IMG/VR virus record: IMGVR_UViG_3300020156_000015
Coordinates: 1 to 40,587 of that record
Length of the DNA: 40,587 bases
Source of the DNA: a virus
Reading direction: 5' to 3' (one strand)
This document shows, one piece after another, positions 7,103 to 15,192 of this stretch. The notes beneath the pieces were generated by a model. That model ran no database searches, was not told the DNA's origin, and saw only the letters and a list, made by a program, of their open reading frames with translations. Made by a program: the position numbers and the translations under genes. Every line of letters begins with the position of its first letter. Position 1 is the stretch's first letter.

Positions 7103-7668
7103 CACGCACCCTCCCCGGTGGTGGGGGGCGTGGGAACGGGCATCCAGTGGGTGGGTCGCATCACGTCTCGGCCCGGCCAAATTGACCACTGGCCGCCCCG
7201 CGCCTCATCCCAGAAGCCAACCCGTACAACCATTCCGACCCCGTGCGTCGTAATCAGAATGTCGCGCCCATCCTTCGGCGCGCCGTCCTCGATCCGCCGC
7301 CACGCAACGGCTGACGAAGTTTCACCACCGTCGCGGCGAAGGGTTCCAGTTGCCGAGGACGGGCCGTTCAGCCCGGCCGAGTGAACCAAAGTATTCGCAT
7401 CCTCCCCACCGGATGACGGGGAGGCGGAGAGGGCTGCTTCAGCGACCAATCCGACGATAACGGCGACTGTGGCGTCGCCGCCGAACCGCTCATTGACCCG
7501 GCGCTCGATGATCCCCGGCAGGGTGTCTGCCCGCAGCGCCTCTTCCAGCCTCTTGACGCGTGCTTCGGCTGCGGAGAGTTGATCGCACAGGGCAGCGATA
7601 GGGCCTTGGGGGTGACGGCCGGTGGCGGCGTCCAACTCGTCCCAAACGCTCTTGAGCGTCTCGCTCAT
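7102..7668 (-). CDS. Two-domain protein with a C-terminal DUF551-like domain
   Basis: C-terminus WRRIEDGAPKDGRDILI ... PTHWMPVP. An S/G/P-rich linker is shared with gene 11038..11448. Confidence 0.75.
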   Translation of the reverse strand: MSETLKSVWDELDAATGRHPQGPIAALCDQLSAAEARVKRLEEALRADTLPGIIERRVNERFGGDATVAVIVGLVAEAALSASPSSGGEDANTLVHSAGLNGPSSATGTLRRDGGETSSAVAWRRIEDGAPKDGRDILITTHGVGMVVRVGFWDEARGGQWSIWPGRDVMRPTHWMPVPTPPTTGEGA

Positions 7669-7949
7669 GGGGTGACTCCAAGATCGCGTTTGGCTTTCCA
7701 GTTCAGATACTTCTGGTCAGCCGTTGTGAGTGGGGCGCCCGGGTAAAACTTCGTGCACCGTGGTCCGCGCTCGTCCTCGACCCACTCCTTCGGGTATTCC
7801 GGGTCGTCCTCGCCAAGCAGCAGCGTGGCAGTGAAAATCTCACAGGGGTTGCGCTCGTGGTCCTCGTGGCGGCACCTGACGCACCATGCGGAGTAGAACA
7901 CGTCGCCCTCTGTGCCGTTGGAGGGCCGGTACGGGCGCGTCTCGCTCAT
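7665..7949 (-). CDS. Cys-rich hypothetical phage protein (94 aa)
   Basis: ORF in the operon with motifs WCVRCRHE and PRCTKF. Confidence 0.7.
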   Translation of the reverse strand: MSETRPYRPSNGTEGDVFYSAWCVRCRHEDHERNPCEIFTATLLLGEDDPEYPKEWVEDERGPRCTKFYPGAPLTTADQKYLNWKAKRDLGVTP

Positions 7950-8302
7950 GGGGTGTTCTCCTGCATAGCCTCACGCATGGCGCTATCCGGGCTCTTCGCC
8001 GCGAACTCCTTCGCCAGTGCCAGGCTGTTGATTGCGTACTTCCGGTCGAAGGCTTGGTGGCCTATCGCATGCTGTTCCCTGTGATGGGCGGCACAGCAGG
8101 GGATCGCGGACCAGTCGGCCGGCTTGATGCCCGTTCCTGCTTGGTGGCCCTGGCGGACGTGCGCCACTTCAATGGGGCCGTCCTGGCATCCGGGGACCAC
8201 GCAGTAGAAGCCGCGCAGCCACTTACGATGCCTCGGCCACTCACGCTTGGGGCCTCGGAGGATGTTGCTGACGGTCTTGGGGCGGCGGGCGGGCAACGTC
8301 AT
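7946..8302 (-). CDS. HNH-type nuclease-like protein (DUF968/Ref-like)
   Basis: Start at ATG 8302 (ATGA overlap). Motifs CVVPGC...EVAHVR...GTGIKPADWSAIPCCAAHHREQH. Confidence 0.7.
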   Translation of the reverse strand: MTLPARRPKTVSNILRGPKREWPRHRKWLRGFYCVVPGCQDGPIEVAHVRQGHQAGTGIKPADWSAIPCCAAHHREQHAIGHQAFDRKYAINSLALAKEFAAKSPDSAMREAMQENTP

Positions 8303-8727
8303 GCTGCCACTCCCACCAGCTGCGCCAGCTCGCTCGCCAACGTCTCCTTGGGCACACCCGGCAGCAGATCGGCCGCGACGTAATCCACGACGCGCTCCCA
8401 GAACTGCGCCCAGGCGATCCCGTCCATTTTGTTGAAGGCGATGGAGTCCGGGATGCAGGTGATGTTCCCGTTCCGCTCCTGGATGATCTTCGCGCACCCG
8501 CACCGGAGCTTGATCAGCGCGTGCACTTCATCCGGGGTGTAGGGGGAGTTGTCCGAGATCATCCCCACCAGCACCCAGTAGCGCTTGTGCCACTGGAGCG
8601 AGCGGGGGCGCTTGATGTCCACGCGAACGGTGTCGCCCAGCTTCACCTTGCGCAGGATGTCTGCAGCAAGGTCGTTTGCAGGCTCCAGACCGCGAAGGGT
8701 CTTGCGCATGATGAGAGGGGCTGCCAT
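8299..8727 (-). CDS. Phage protein, DUF1367-like (function unknown)
   Basis: 142-aa ORF next to the recombination genes. The family assignment is from memory only. Confidence 0.6.
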   Translation of the reverse strand: MAAPLIMRKTLRGLEPANDLAADILRKVKLGDTVRVDIKRPRSLQWHKRYWVLVGMISDNSPYTPDEVHALIKLRCGCAKIIQERNGNITCIPDSIAFNKMDGIAWAQFWERVVDYVAADLLPGVPKETLASELAQLVGVAA

Positions 8728-8745
8728 AGTGCTAAGTACCTGTTC

Positions 8746-9126
8746 TCAAAAAGGAATCTCGTCGTCCAGGTCGATCGGTACTGCGGTCCCCGCCTGGCGC
8801 TGCGTAGGCGCGCTGTCCTGCTGTCGGCCGCCCTGCAGGGTCAGTTCCGAGACGCTGCACTCCAGCGAGACGCGGGGCTCTCCGTTCGCCTCGTAGATGC
8901 GGACGCCCGCCTGTCCGATGACGGTGACGCTGGTGCCCTTCTTGAGGTAGTCGGCCAGCTTGCCGCCACGGTCCCCCCAGATGGCGCAGTCCACCCATTG
9001 GGTGGCGCGCTCGTTGCCGCGGCGCACGTCCACGGCGACGGAGAAGCGGAGCACCTGCTTGCCGCTCTGGGTGGTCTTCAACTCGCTGTCCCGGCCCAGC
9101 TTGCCGGCTGCGGTGAGGGTGAGCAT
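8746..9126 (-). CDS. ssb: Single-stranded DNA-binding protein
   Basis: Start at ATG 9126 with SD GGGGAGGG. OB-fold-like N-terminus and the acidic C-terminal tail DLDDEIPF typical of SSB. Confidence 0.9.
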   Translation of the reverse strand: MLTLTAAGKLGRDSELKTTQSGKQVLRFSVAVDVRRGNERATQWVDCAIWGDRGGKLADYLKKGTSVTVIGQAGVRIYEANGEPRVSLECSVSELTLQGGRQQDSAPTQRQAGTAVPIDLDDEIPF

Positions 9127-9128
9127 TC

Positions 9129-9398
9129 TCAGCCCTCCCCGCCCGCGATGAACTTCTCGATCTGGGTAGCGGTGGGCGCCTTCCAGTTCAGGATTTGCCC
9201 CGTATCCAGGTCGATGTTCAGGATCAGGTAGTCGCCGTAGTGCTCGCCCGGCATGAAGCTGGGCACGTAGCCCTCGTAGTCCTTGAGCGTGTCGCCGTTC
9301 TGGTCGACCAGCTGCGCGCAGAATTCGTCGCGCACCTTCATGTGCAGGTTCAGGCTTTTCGCCTCCACCTGGACGGGCTTGGTCATGTTGATCTTCAT
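9129..9398 (-). CDS. Hypothetical phage protein (89 aa)
   Basis: ORF between the annealase and SSB genes. Confidence 0.7.
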   Translation of the reverse strand: MKINMTKPVQVEAKSLNLHMKVRDEFCAQLVDQNGDTLKDYEGYVPSFMPGEHYGDYLILNIDLDTGQILNWKAPTATQIEKFIAGGEG

Positions 9399-10063
9399 CA
9401 GGCGGCTTCCTTCTGAGTGAGTTGGGCTTTGCGGGCGTCCTTGTGGGCGGTGACTTCATCCCGCGCCCGGTCGGTGAGGTGCTTGATCTGCGGCCAGTGC
9501 TCTTTCCAGAAGCCGGCGAGCTGGTCGGCGGTATCGCAGGTGTCCATGCCGAGCTTCAGGGCCTCGACGGCGGCGGCTTCGCCCGGGTGGGGTGCCGGTG
9601 TCTGGCGGGCCGGCGCACCGGAGCGGGTCAGAAGGCCCCGGAGCTTCTGGTACTCGCCTTGCTTGATGACGAAGGACTTGCCGCGGGGCTCGATCTCCAC
9701 CCACGGGCTGTCCAGGTCATAGAGGTAGCGGCCCACCCCCCAGCGGACGGCGGCCCGCTTAAAGGCGTCGGAGAGGGCGCCCTTTTCCGCCTCGTGGTCC
9801 GTGTCGCCCGCCCCGTCTGCCTTCCAAATCCATTCGTCGCCGATGCGCAGGCCCAGCCGGCACACGGTCTTGCCGTTGGCGTGCGGGTAGTCGCACTGCC
9901 AGCCGGCCGGCCCGCACACCTCGTCCAGCCGCTCCATCACGTCCCGGGCGTCGATGTATGCCAGCGCCATCCCCTTGGATTTGTCCTGGGTGGTGGAGCC
10001 GACGCGCCAGGACACGCGGTCGGCCGGGAACGGAGCCGAGAGCTTGGCGAAGTCGATCGTCAT
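9398..10063 (-). CDS. Rad52/Rad22-type single-strand annealing protein
   Basis: Motifs DRVSWRVG, LAYIDARDVMERLDEV, KGALSDAFKRAAVRWGVGRYLY. Confidence 0.85.
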   Translation of the reverse strand: MTIDFAKLSAPFPADRVSWRVGSTTQDKSKGMALAYIDARDVMERLDEVCGPAGWQCDYPHANGKTVCRLGLRIGDEWIWKADGAGDTDHEAEKGALSDAFKRAAVRWGVGRYLYDLDSPWVEIEPRGKSFVIKQGEYQKLRGLLTRSGAPARQTPAPHPGEAAAVEALKLGMDTCDTADQLAGFWKEHWPQIKHLTDRARDEVTAHKDARKAQLTQKEAA

Positions 10064-10290
10064 TGTGCGGCCTCCAATCTCGGATGCAGTGTGTTGGGAC
10101 CGGGCTCAAATGCGGCGCAGAGCCCGTACTTGTTGATGTCCTGGCACCGCTTGTACGGGGCGGTCTGCTCACCGGTGAGGAAGTCGGTGCCGGGGGTGAC
10201 CGGGTGCTTGATGCAGAGCCACCGGTGGGGCTTGGCGCGGCAGCCCTCCGGCACGATCAGCGATGTGCATTGGGCGCAGACGGGGGTCAT
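10060..10290 (-). CDS. Small Cys-rich hypothetical protein (76 aa)
   Basis: ORF with 4-nt overlaps with both neighbours. Confidence 0.65.
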   Translation of the reverse strand: MTPVCAQCTSLIVPEGCRAKPHRWLCIKHPVTPGTDFLTGEQTAPYKRCQDINKYGLCAAFEPGPNTLHPRLEAAQ

Positions 10291-10523
10291 TCCGCCGCCA
10301 CCTTCTGCACGGGCATCAGATCACCCACGTACTGGCGGACCCAGCGGAGGAGGATGCTCGGGTCGCGGGCGCGCATGACCCATTGCTGGATGCCGTCGCG
10401 GTCCCAATGAGAGGCCAGGTAGAGGCCGGTCGAGTGGAACTCGTCGTCAAAGCGGAGGTATCCGCCGATCTGCCGCTCGTAGCGGTCCAGCTCGGCACGG
10501 ACGGCGGTGAGGTCGGTTGCCAT
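10287..10523 (-). CDS. Hypothetical protein (78 aa)
   Basis: ORF in the operon, coupled to its neighbours. Confidence 0.65.
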   Translation of the reverse strand: MATDLTAVRAELDRYERQIGGYLRFDDEFHSTGLYLASHWDRDGIQQWVMRARDPSILLRWVRQYVGDLMPVQKVAAE

Positions 10524-10906
10524 TACCTCACCTTTCCGCCGAAACGCATGGACACCCGGCTATTCAAGCGAATGAAGTTTTGGTCCCTCGCCTCGATGGG
10601 CCGAAGGATGGACTTCATCATCTCGTAGGTATCTGAGCTTGGGTCCGCGTAAGACCTCTCCAGATCGTCCCAGCGGGCGACGAGCGCTGCCCAATAGCGA
10701 TTGACCTCCGCCATCTTCGGGAGGCGCCCCCGCAACTCAGGGGCGGCGGCGAGCAGGCGCAGGCACCGGCCGAGATCGCCTTCATCGCTCGGATAGTGGC
10801 CATCGCACTCGTTCCCGGTGAGGTGAGCCGCCATGCACTTGGAGGACAGGCCCGTGTCTGCCCCAAGTGCCCACGACAAGACTTGAGCTTCTATGCTGCG
10901 AGCCAT
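10523..10906 (-). CDS. Hypothetical phage protein (127 aa)
   Basis: ORF in the operon with SD GGAGGG upstream. Confidence 0.7.
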   Translation of the reverse strand: MARSIEAQVLSWALGADTGLSSKCMAAHLTGNECDGHYPSDEGDLGRCLRLLAAAPELRGRLPKMAEVNRYWAALVARWDDLERSYADPSSDTYEMMKSILRPIEARDQNFIRLNSRVSMRFGGKVR

Positions 10907-10909
10907 GGG

Positions 10910-11038
10910 TCAGCCCTCCGCGAACACGATGAGGATCAGGAACAGCAGGAGCCAAATCCCGCTGATCGCCAGGAAGTCCAGGAAGTCAGTGAGGAACCGA
11001 CGTACCGGGCCATGGGTGGTGGGGGAGAGGGAGACCAT
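10910..11038 (-). CDS. Small membrane protein (42 aa, below the ORF-track cutoff)
   Basis: ATG 11038 shares 1 nt with the upstream stop. Hydrophobic ISGIWLLLFLILIVF. The stop lies 3 nt before the next start. Confidence 0.5.
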   Translation of the reverse strand: MVSLSPTTHGPVRRFLTDFLDFLAISGIWLLLFLILIVFAEG

Positions 11039-11448
11039 CACCGCCCCTCCCCATTGGATGCCTTGGCGATGGCCCTATCAAAGGCGGCGAGCACCTCTTC
11101 CTTGGTGCGGCCCGGGGTATCGTTCCACTCCATGACGCTCTCGCTGTTAGTGGTCCGAGACAGGGCCTCCCAAGCTCCGTGATGCCCAATAGCGCTGTCC
11201 GATGTGTCTCCGCTCGCGCGCTTGATCGCCCCCACAGAGCAGAAGCAATCCGCATTGGGGGCCATCGGGTCGATGAGCAACCCCGCCGCGCGGGCCATGG
11301 CATCCTGTGTCCAGCCCACCTCAGAAATGAGGCGGCGGGCTTCGGCCAGCACCGCAACGACTGACGAAGTTTCGCCGACGCCCGAAGGCTGGCCGCTTGA
11401 TGCCGAGCCGGCCGGTTGGGCCGGCGAGTGAACCAAAGAGTCGGTCAT
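11038..11448 (-). CDS. Hypothetical protein with an N-terminal S/G/P linker and a WND-motif domain
   Basis: Start at internal ATG 11448, 1 nt after the upstream stop. Shares the LVHS...GETSS linker and its DNA with gene 7102..7668. Confidence 0.65.
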   Translation of the reverse strand: MTDSLVHSPAQPAGSASSGQPSGVGETSSVVAVLAEARRLISEVGWTQDAMARAAGLLIDPMAPNADCFCSVGAIKRASGDTSDSAIGHHGAWEALSRTTNSESVMEWNDTPGRTKEEVLAAFDRAIAKASNGEGR

Positions 11449-11449
11449 G

Positions 11450-11791
11450 TCAGCGGCCCTCCGCCTTAGCGATGGCGGCGCGGGCACCATTGATCCACTC
11501 GCGCAGCGCGCGCCCAGCGGGGCCGTCGCTGTAGTAGCAAGCGAACCCGTCAGCGAAATGGACGACGCCTTCAAGCTCGCGCAGAAGGTCTGGAGCAGCC
11601 GCTATCAAGCGGGCGTTGGCGATGGCCTCCGGCGTCCCCGTGTACGAGAACGTGAAGTCGTTGACCGCAAAGCCCTGGCTAAACACGACGACCTTATCGG
11701 CCACGTCGCTGTGGATCGACGGCCAACCGCTTCCCACGCCGCCCGTGTCGTTGATGAACACGTGCCAAGGCCCTGGTGTGTGCTTCGTCAT
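11450..11791 (-). CDS. Hypothetical phage protein (HTPGPW ... ANARLIAAAPDLL family)
   Basis: 113-aa ORF. The motif pair is recalled from many phage hypotheticals. Confidence 0.7.
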   Translation of the reverse strand: MTKHTPGPWHVFINDTGGVGSGWPSIHSDVADKVVVFSQGFAVNDFTFSYTGTPEAIANARLIAAAPDLLRELEGVVHFADGFACYYSDGPAGRALREWINGARAAIAKAEGR

Positions 11792-11847
11792 GAACTGATC
11801 GGGGCCGCTTTATTTAGGCCGCACCCCGCCTCTCAGTTGAGATTGGG

Positions 11848-12201
11848 TTACTCGGCTGCCATCAGCACCGGACGGCCCGGAAGGGCACGGCGCAGGGCTT
11901 CTGCATGGCAGCGGAGCAGGTGTGTGTAGGTTCCCGCGTCCCGGCAGGCGGTGCGCCAGAACAGGGCCTTGCGGGTGGCGTCCTTCATGTGCGCCTGTTC
12001 GATGCCCGCATTCAGCATGTCGCCCTCACGGATCAGGCGAAGCATCTCGAAGCGGCGGGCGAGCATGGAGGCGCGGTGCTCACGGAACCGGCGCTCGCAG
12101 TGGAGCAGCTGGCGGTCACGGGCCGCTGCGTCTGCGCGGAGCCGCTCGGCGAACGGGTCGGTGGCTTCCCACTGTGCTTTGACTGCGGACCAGGTGGCCA
12201 T
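11848..12201 (-). CDS. Hypothetical protein (117 aa)
   Basis: Start at internal ATG 12201 with SD GGAGAT. The longer ORF upstream is low-complexity. Confidence 0.6.
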   Translation of the reverse strand: MATWSAVKAQWEATDPFAERLRADAAARDRQLLHCERRFREHRASMLARRFEMLRLIREGDMLNAGIEQAHMKDATRKALFWRTACRDAGTYTHLLRCHAEALRRALPGRPVLMAAE

Positions 12202-12262
12202 CTCATCATCTCCACAAGGACCCCGGAGCAGCCGTGTTAGGGGCGCTCCGGGGGGGGTGCGG

Positions 12263-12553
12263 TTAGTTGGCGGTCGGGTAAGGGCCACCCCGGAGGCGCG
12301 GGATGACGTGAGCGACCTCTTCGCGAAGGGCGACCGTGTAGGGGCCCGCGGCGCCGACTTCCGAAGAGTGGGCGATGCACTTGAGAACCTGTAATGCGTC
12401 CTCTTCAGTCTCGAAGGACTCCATGAGGATTGGGGGCTCATTTGGGAGCATGCTTGAGAAGAGCCCCCAGGGACGGCCGATGCCATCCAACAGGTTGCGG
12501 CGATGCTGCGCCTCCAGTTCTTCGAAGAACTTCTCTGCGTTGGCGTCCGTCAT
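12263..12553 (-). CDS. Hypothetical protein (96 aa)
   Basis: ATG 12553 is preferred over 12565 because of SD GGAGA at proper spacing. Confidence 0.65.
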   Translation of the reverse strand: MTDANAEKFFEELEAQHRRNLLDGIGRPWGLFSSMLPNEPPILMESFETEEDALQVLKCIAHSSEVGAAGPYTVALREEVAHVIPRLRGGPYPTAN

Positions 12554-12654
12554 TTTGGTCTCCATTACCGGGGCGGCCCGGCGTTACGGGTTGCCCTGAG
12601 CCGGGTTGTCAGTGAAGGCGCACGAGCGCTGCGCCACCGGGCTCAGACCGCCGG

Positions 12655-13434
12655 TCATTGCTCACCTCCATGCGTGCAGACCTTCTCATCCGGGGAGAGG
12701 CAGCGGTGGCACTTGGGGCATTGCCAGCCGAGGCGGCCGGGAGGCTGGTAGCCCGGGGAGGTTATCCGCGCCCACTCGCTGCGGAGTTCGTCCATGGAGT
12801 CCATCAGGAGAGTCGATGGCTTGACGCCGAGTGCGGCGGCGATGTGCACGATGTAGCGGGTCGCCCGGACCCGGCCGCTCTCGATAGCCTGGATGGACTG
12901 CGGCTTAACGCCGACACGGCGCGCCAACTCTGACTGTGAGATGCCAGCCTTCTCGCGAGCCCATTTGACCTGGGCGCCTAGGCTGCCGAAGTCGTCCGAA
13001 ACGAAGTCGTCCGACACGAAGTCCGACAGGTCCACAAATGGGCCGCCAGCGAGTGTGTCCTCGGAGTGCGCCACCATGTCTGCCACCGTCATCGGCGGGA
13101 TTGTCTGGGGCTCGCTCCGCATCGCCGCGTTGGCGTGGCCGGGCACTTCGCGCGTCACCCCCTCGGGGATCACGCCAGCAAGGGACCAGACTTCTTCGCG
13201 GGCGATGGGGGGATTGCCCCGGCCCACGAGCAGCGGCTCAAGTTTCCGCGCCAGATCGACCGAGATGTGAGACTTCCTGTAGTAGTCGGCGCTCTCGTAA
13301 CGAGCCCAGCCTGACGGGCCAGAAAACCCCACGGCCGTCGCCACCTCGGAAATCGTGAGCCCAGCCCGCTCGCGCAGAGCTTTCAGCCATCCTGCAGCGG
13401 ATACGGGCGGTGTCTGGAAGGGAACGACGGTCAT
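12655..13434 (-). CDS. Dual XRE-type HTH regulator with a C-terminal zinc ribbon
   Basis: Two HTH segments (GLTISEVATAVGFS and GISQSELARRVGVKPQSIQAIESG), an acidic DFVSDDFVSDDF linker, and C-terminal CPKCHRC...C. SD GGGAGG before ATG 13434. Confidence 0.8.
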   Translation of the reverse strand: MTVVPFQTPPVSAAGWLKALRERAGLTISEVATAVGFSGPSGWARYESADYYRKSHISVDLARKLEPLLVGRGNPPIAREEVWSLAGVIPEGVTREVPGHANAAMRSEPQTIPPMTVADMVAHSEDTLAGGPFVDLSDFVSDDFVSDDFGSLGAQVKWAREKAGISQSELARRVGVKPQSIQAIESGRVRATRYIVHIAAALGVKPSTLLMDSMDELRSEWARITSPGYQPPGRLGWQCPKCHRCLSPDEKVCTHGGEQ

Positions 13435-13598
13435 TGCCCGCCTCCCGCAACCAGGGTCCGTCTCCAAGCCTGATAGCCTTGCTCGATGAGGTACTTCAGT
13501 ACCTGCGTCTCAGACGGGCGGACTGCTTGGCTGTTCTGGACCTCGGCGACCATTGCCAGCGTCGAGGCGTCCAGGCGGTAGTTCTTCGGTTTGAGCAT
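13431..13598 (-). CDS. Ribbon-helix-helix-like small protein (55 aa, below the ORF-track cutoff); first gene of the leftward early operon
   Basis: ATG 13598 with SD GGAGAG. KPKNYRLDASTLAMVAEV looks like an RHH strand-helix. ATGA overlap with the next gene. Confidence 0.55.
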   Translation of the reverse strand: MLKPKNYRLDASTLAMVAEVQNSQAVRPSETQVLKYLIEQGYQAWRRTLVAGGGQ

Positions 13599-13744
13599 CA
13601 CTCTCTCCAAAAAGTCCCGGCCGGGTTCAGGAGCCCCGGCCGGGGCTGGATAGAGCGGCAGGCCAATGATGTTCCCGCCGCACGTTCGGAGAGGGGCTAC
13701 CTCGCTGGTCTAGGGCGGTGTCCCGATCGAACGTAAGTGCATCG

Positions 13745-13793
13745 TCACATAAAAATGCGATCTCCGCAACAGGGAAATCGCATCGTTATGCGA
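13745..13793. promoter_or_regulatory. Left operator pair (OL-like): two 16-bp palindromes
   Basis: TCACATAAAAATGCGA (13745-13760) and TCGCATCGTTATGCGA (13778-13793), centres 33 bp apart, between the cI stop and the leftward operon. Confidence 0.65.
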
Positions 13794-13816
13794 CGATGAC
13801 TTTTCGCGGGTGAGAT

Positions 13817-14521
13817 TTAGGAGAGGGAAAGGCGCTCGGGCCGGTAGGAGCCGATCACCACGGCGTGGATTTCCACGCTTGCGGTCTCGCCGCTGTCGGT
13901 ACCCTCAGTGGGCAGTTCGATTGGCTGCTGGTGCATGGGATGGGAGGAGCGGGGCCACAGCCAGGTGCGCCCGGCGTCGTCCACGGCGATTTCCTTGACC
14001 GTTCCTTCAGTCAGGCCGTCCGGCCCTTGGCGGTAAACCACCACTCGGTCGCCGTTCTGCAGCGCACCATCGAATTCATAAAACTTGACGCAAATGATGA
14101 TCGTCCCCTCGGGGTATACGAGGTTCATTGACGGCCCGTTAACACGGAGGCCAAAAGCTCGCCGGGCATAGGACGAATTGACGGGCACCGTTATTTCTAT
14201 TTGATCACTTGTGGGCCATTCCACGGCCTCTCTCCAAGCGCCAGCCTCAACGGAGCCTACTACTTTAATCCGAGGTAAACGGCTGTCAATGACGGTGACT
14301 CCACCCCCCGTCAGGCGGTGAATAGGGACGTGTGCAGCTATAGCCAGTTTCTCAAGCGTCTTCTGAGACAACGAGCTGCTCCGGCCGTGGAAGAAATTAT
14401 AGAGCGAGCTGGAGGCTACCCCGGCGGCCTTAGCCCACGAGGCGATTTCCAGGTCCTTTTCCTTGATCAGAGAAGCGATGAGAGCGCGCCGCTTCTCGGC
14501 CTGCGGGTCGTTCTTCGGCAT
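13817..14521 (-). CDS. cI: CI-like repressor: HTH plus S24 LexA-type autopeptidase domain
   Basis: HTH region IASWAKAAGVASSSLYNFFHG. Catalytic-type VNGPSMN (Ser) and TVKEI (Lys). Start placed at ATG 14521 because the longer ORF would cover the operators and overlap cro. Confidence 0.85.
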   Translation of the reverse strand: MPKNDPQAEKRRALIASLIKEKDLEIASWAKAAGVASSSLYNFFHGRSSSLSQKTLEKLAIAAHVPIHRLTGGGVTVIDSRLPRIKVVGSVEAGAWREAVEWPTSDQIEITVPVNSSYARRAFGLRVNGPSMNLVYPEGTIIICVKFYEFDGALQNGDRVVVYRQGPDGLTEGTVKEIAVDDAGRTWLWPRSSHPMHQQPIELPTEGTDSGETASVEIHAVVIGSYRPERLSLS

Positions 14522-14523
14522 GG

Positions 14524-14602
14524 CCGCATAACACAAGGATGTGATGCGCTCCGCCACATCATCGTTATGCGATCCATCGTTGAACGTCGCATAATTATGT
14601 GA
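14524..14602. promoter_or_regulatory. Right operator / divergent promoter region (OR-like)
   Basis: TCGCATAATTATGTGA (14587-14602) and CATCATCGTTATGCGA (14557-14572). Extra half-sites CGCAT and ATGTGA lie at 14525-14548. CATAAT is a -10 candidate at 14590. Confidence 0.6.
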
Positions 14603-14615
14603 TACCCCTGATGCC

Positions 14616-14828
14616 ATGTTCAATGTCGATCAGATCATCGCCCAGATCAGGGCATTCGCTCGGGAGCGCGGCTTGCGTCCCGCCACTCTGGCACAGCAAG
14701 CCGGGCTTTCCCCCAACGCTCTTCGGGATTTCGACAGTTCCGACTGGAATCCTCGGACGGCGACCCTCCGGAAGCTGAGCGCCTATGTGCAGAGCGAGGT
14801 TGGTTCCTCGCAGCGGGGGAACCAATGA
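14616..14828 (+). CDS. cro: Cro-like HTH regulator
   Basis: 70 aa, divergent from cI. HTH ATLAQQAGLSPNALRDF. Confidence 0.75.
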   Translation: MFNVDQIIAQIRAFARERGLRPATLAQQAGLSPNALRDFDSSDWNPRTATLRKLSAYVQSEVGSSQRGNQ

Positions 14829-15073
14829 CCGAGGAAGACCAGCTCCGCTTTGCCCTCGCCGACCTCCGGGTCAAGTGCTTTGCCGCCCTGAAGGGTTGGG
14901 GTTCTGTGCGGGAGGACGGGAAGTGGGAGGCGTGGAGATGGAAGGAGCTTTGCAGGGAGGCTGACTTGCTGTCCGCCTGGGCTTTCCTCGAAGCGCACCC
15001 ATACATCAGAATCGCGTGGGATACGTCCCCTGTCAGGCCGATGCTGGCCGCTGATATCGGCTTGGCGGAGTAG
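14825..15073 (+). CDS. Hypothetical protein (82 aa)
   Basis: ATGA overlap with cro. Normal protein-like composition. Confidence 0.65.
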   Translation: MTEEDQLRFALADLRVKCFAALKGWGSVREDGKWEAWRWKELCREADLLSAWAFLEAHPYIRIAWDTSPVRPMLAADIGLAE

Positions 15074-15192
15074 CCATGCTCACCGCAGGCCGTACCACTT
15101 TCGATGCGCAAAACCGCCGGGTGCAGGTTGCGCATTTCACCATATCCGAGAATGTCGCCGATCAGGCCCCGCATGTCACGTGCGCGCACGGA

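Noticed and set aside
6786-7326. The 18-nt perfect inverted repeats as the ends of an invertible (shufflon-like) 505-bp segment.
   Set aside because: Inversion would fuse the upstream gene to a 31-codon nonsense tail (GETSSAGRGAQW...*) and disrupt both DUF551-like genes. No invertase is encoded. A third copy exists elsewhere in direct orientation.
13410-13736. A plus-strand 108-aa ORF across the OL region and the RHH gene.
   Set aside because: It lies opposite the SD-supported, ATGA-coupled minus-strand RHH ORF and runs through the operator/leader region. The translation is Arg/Leu-rich with no motif.
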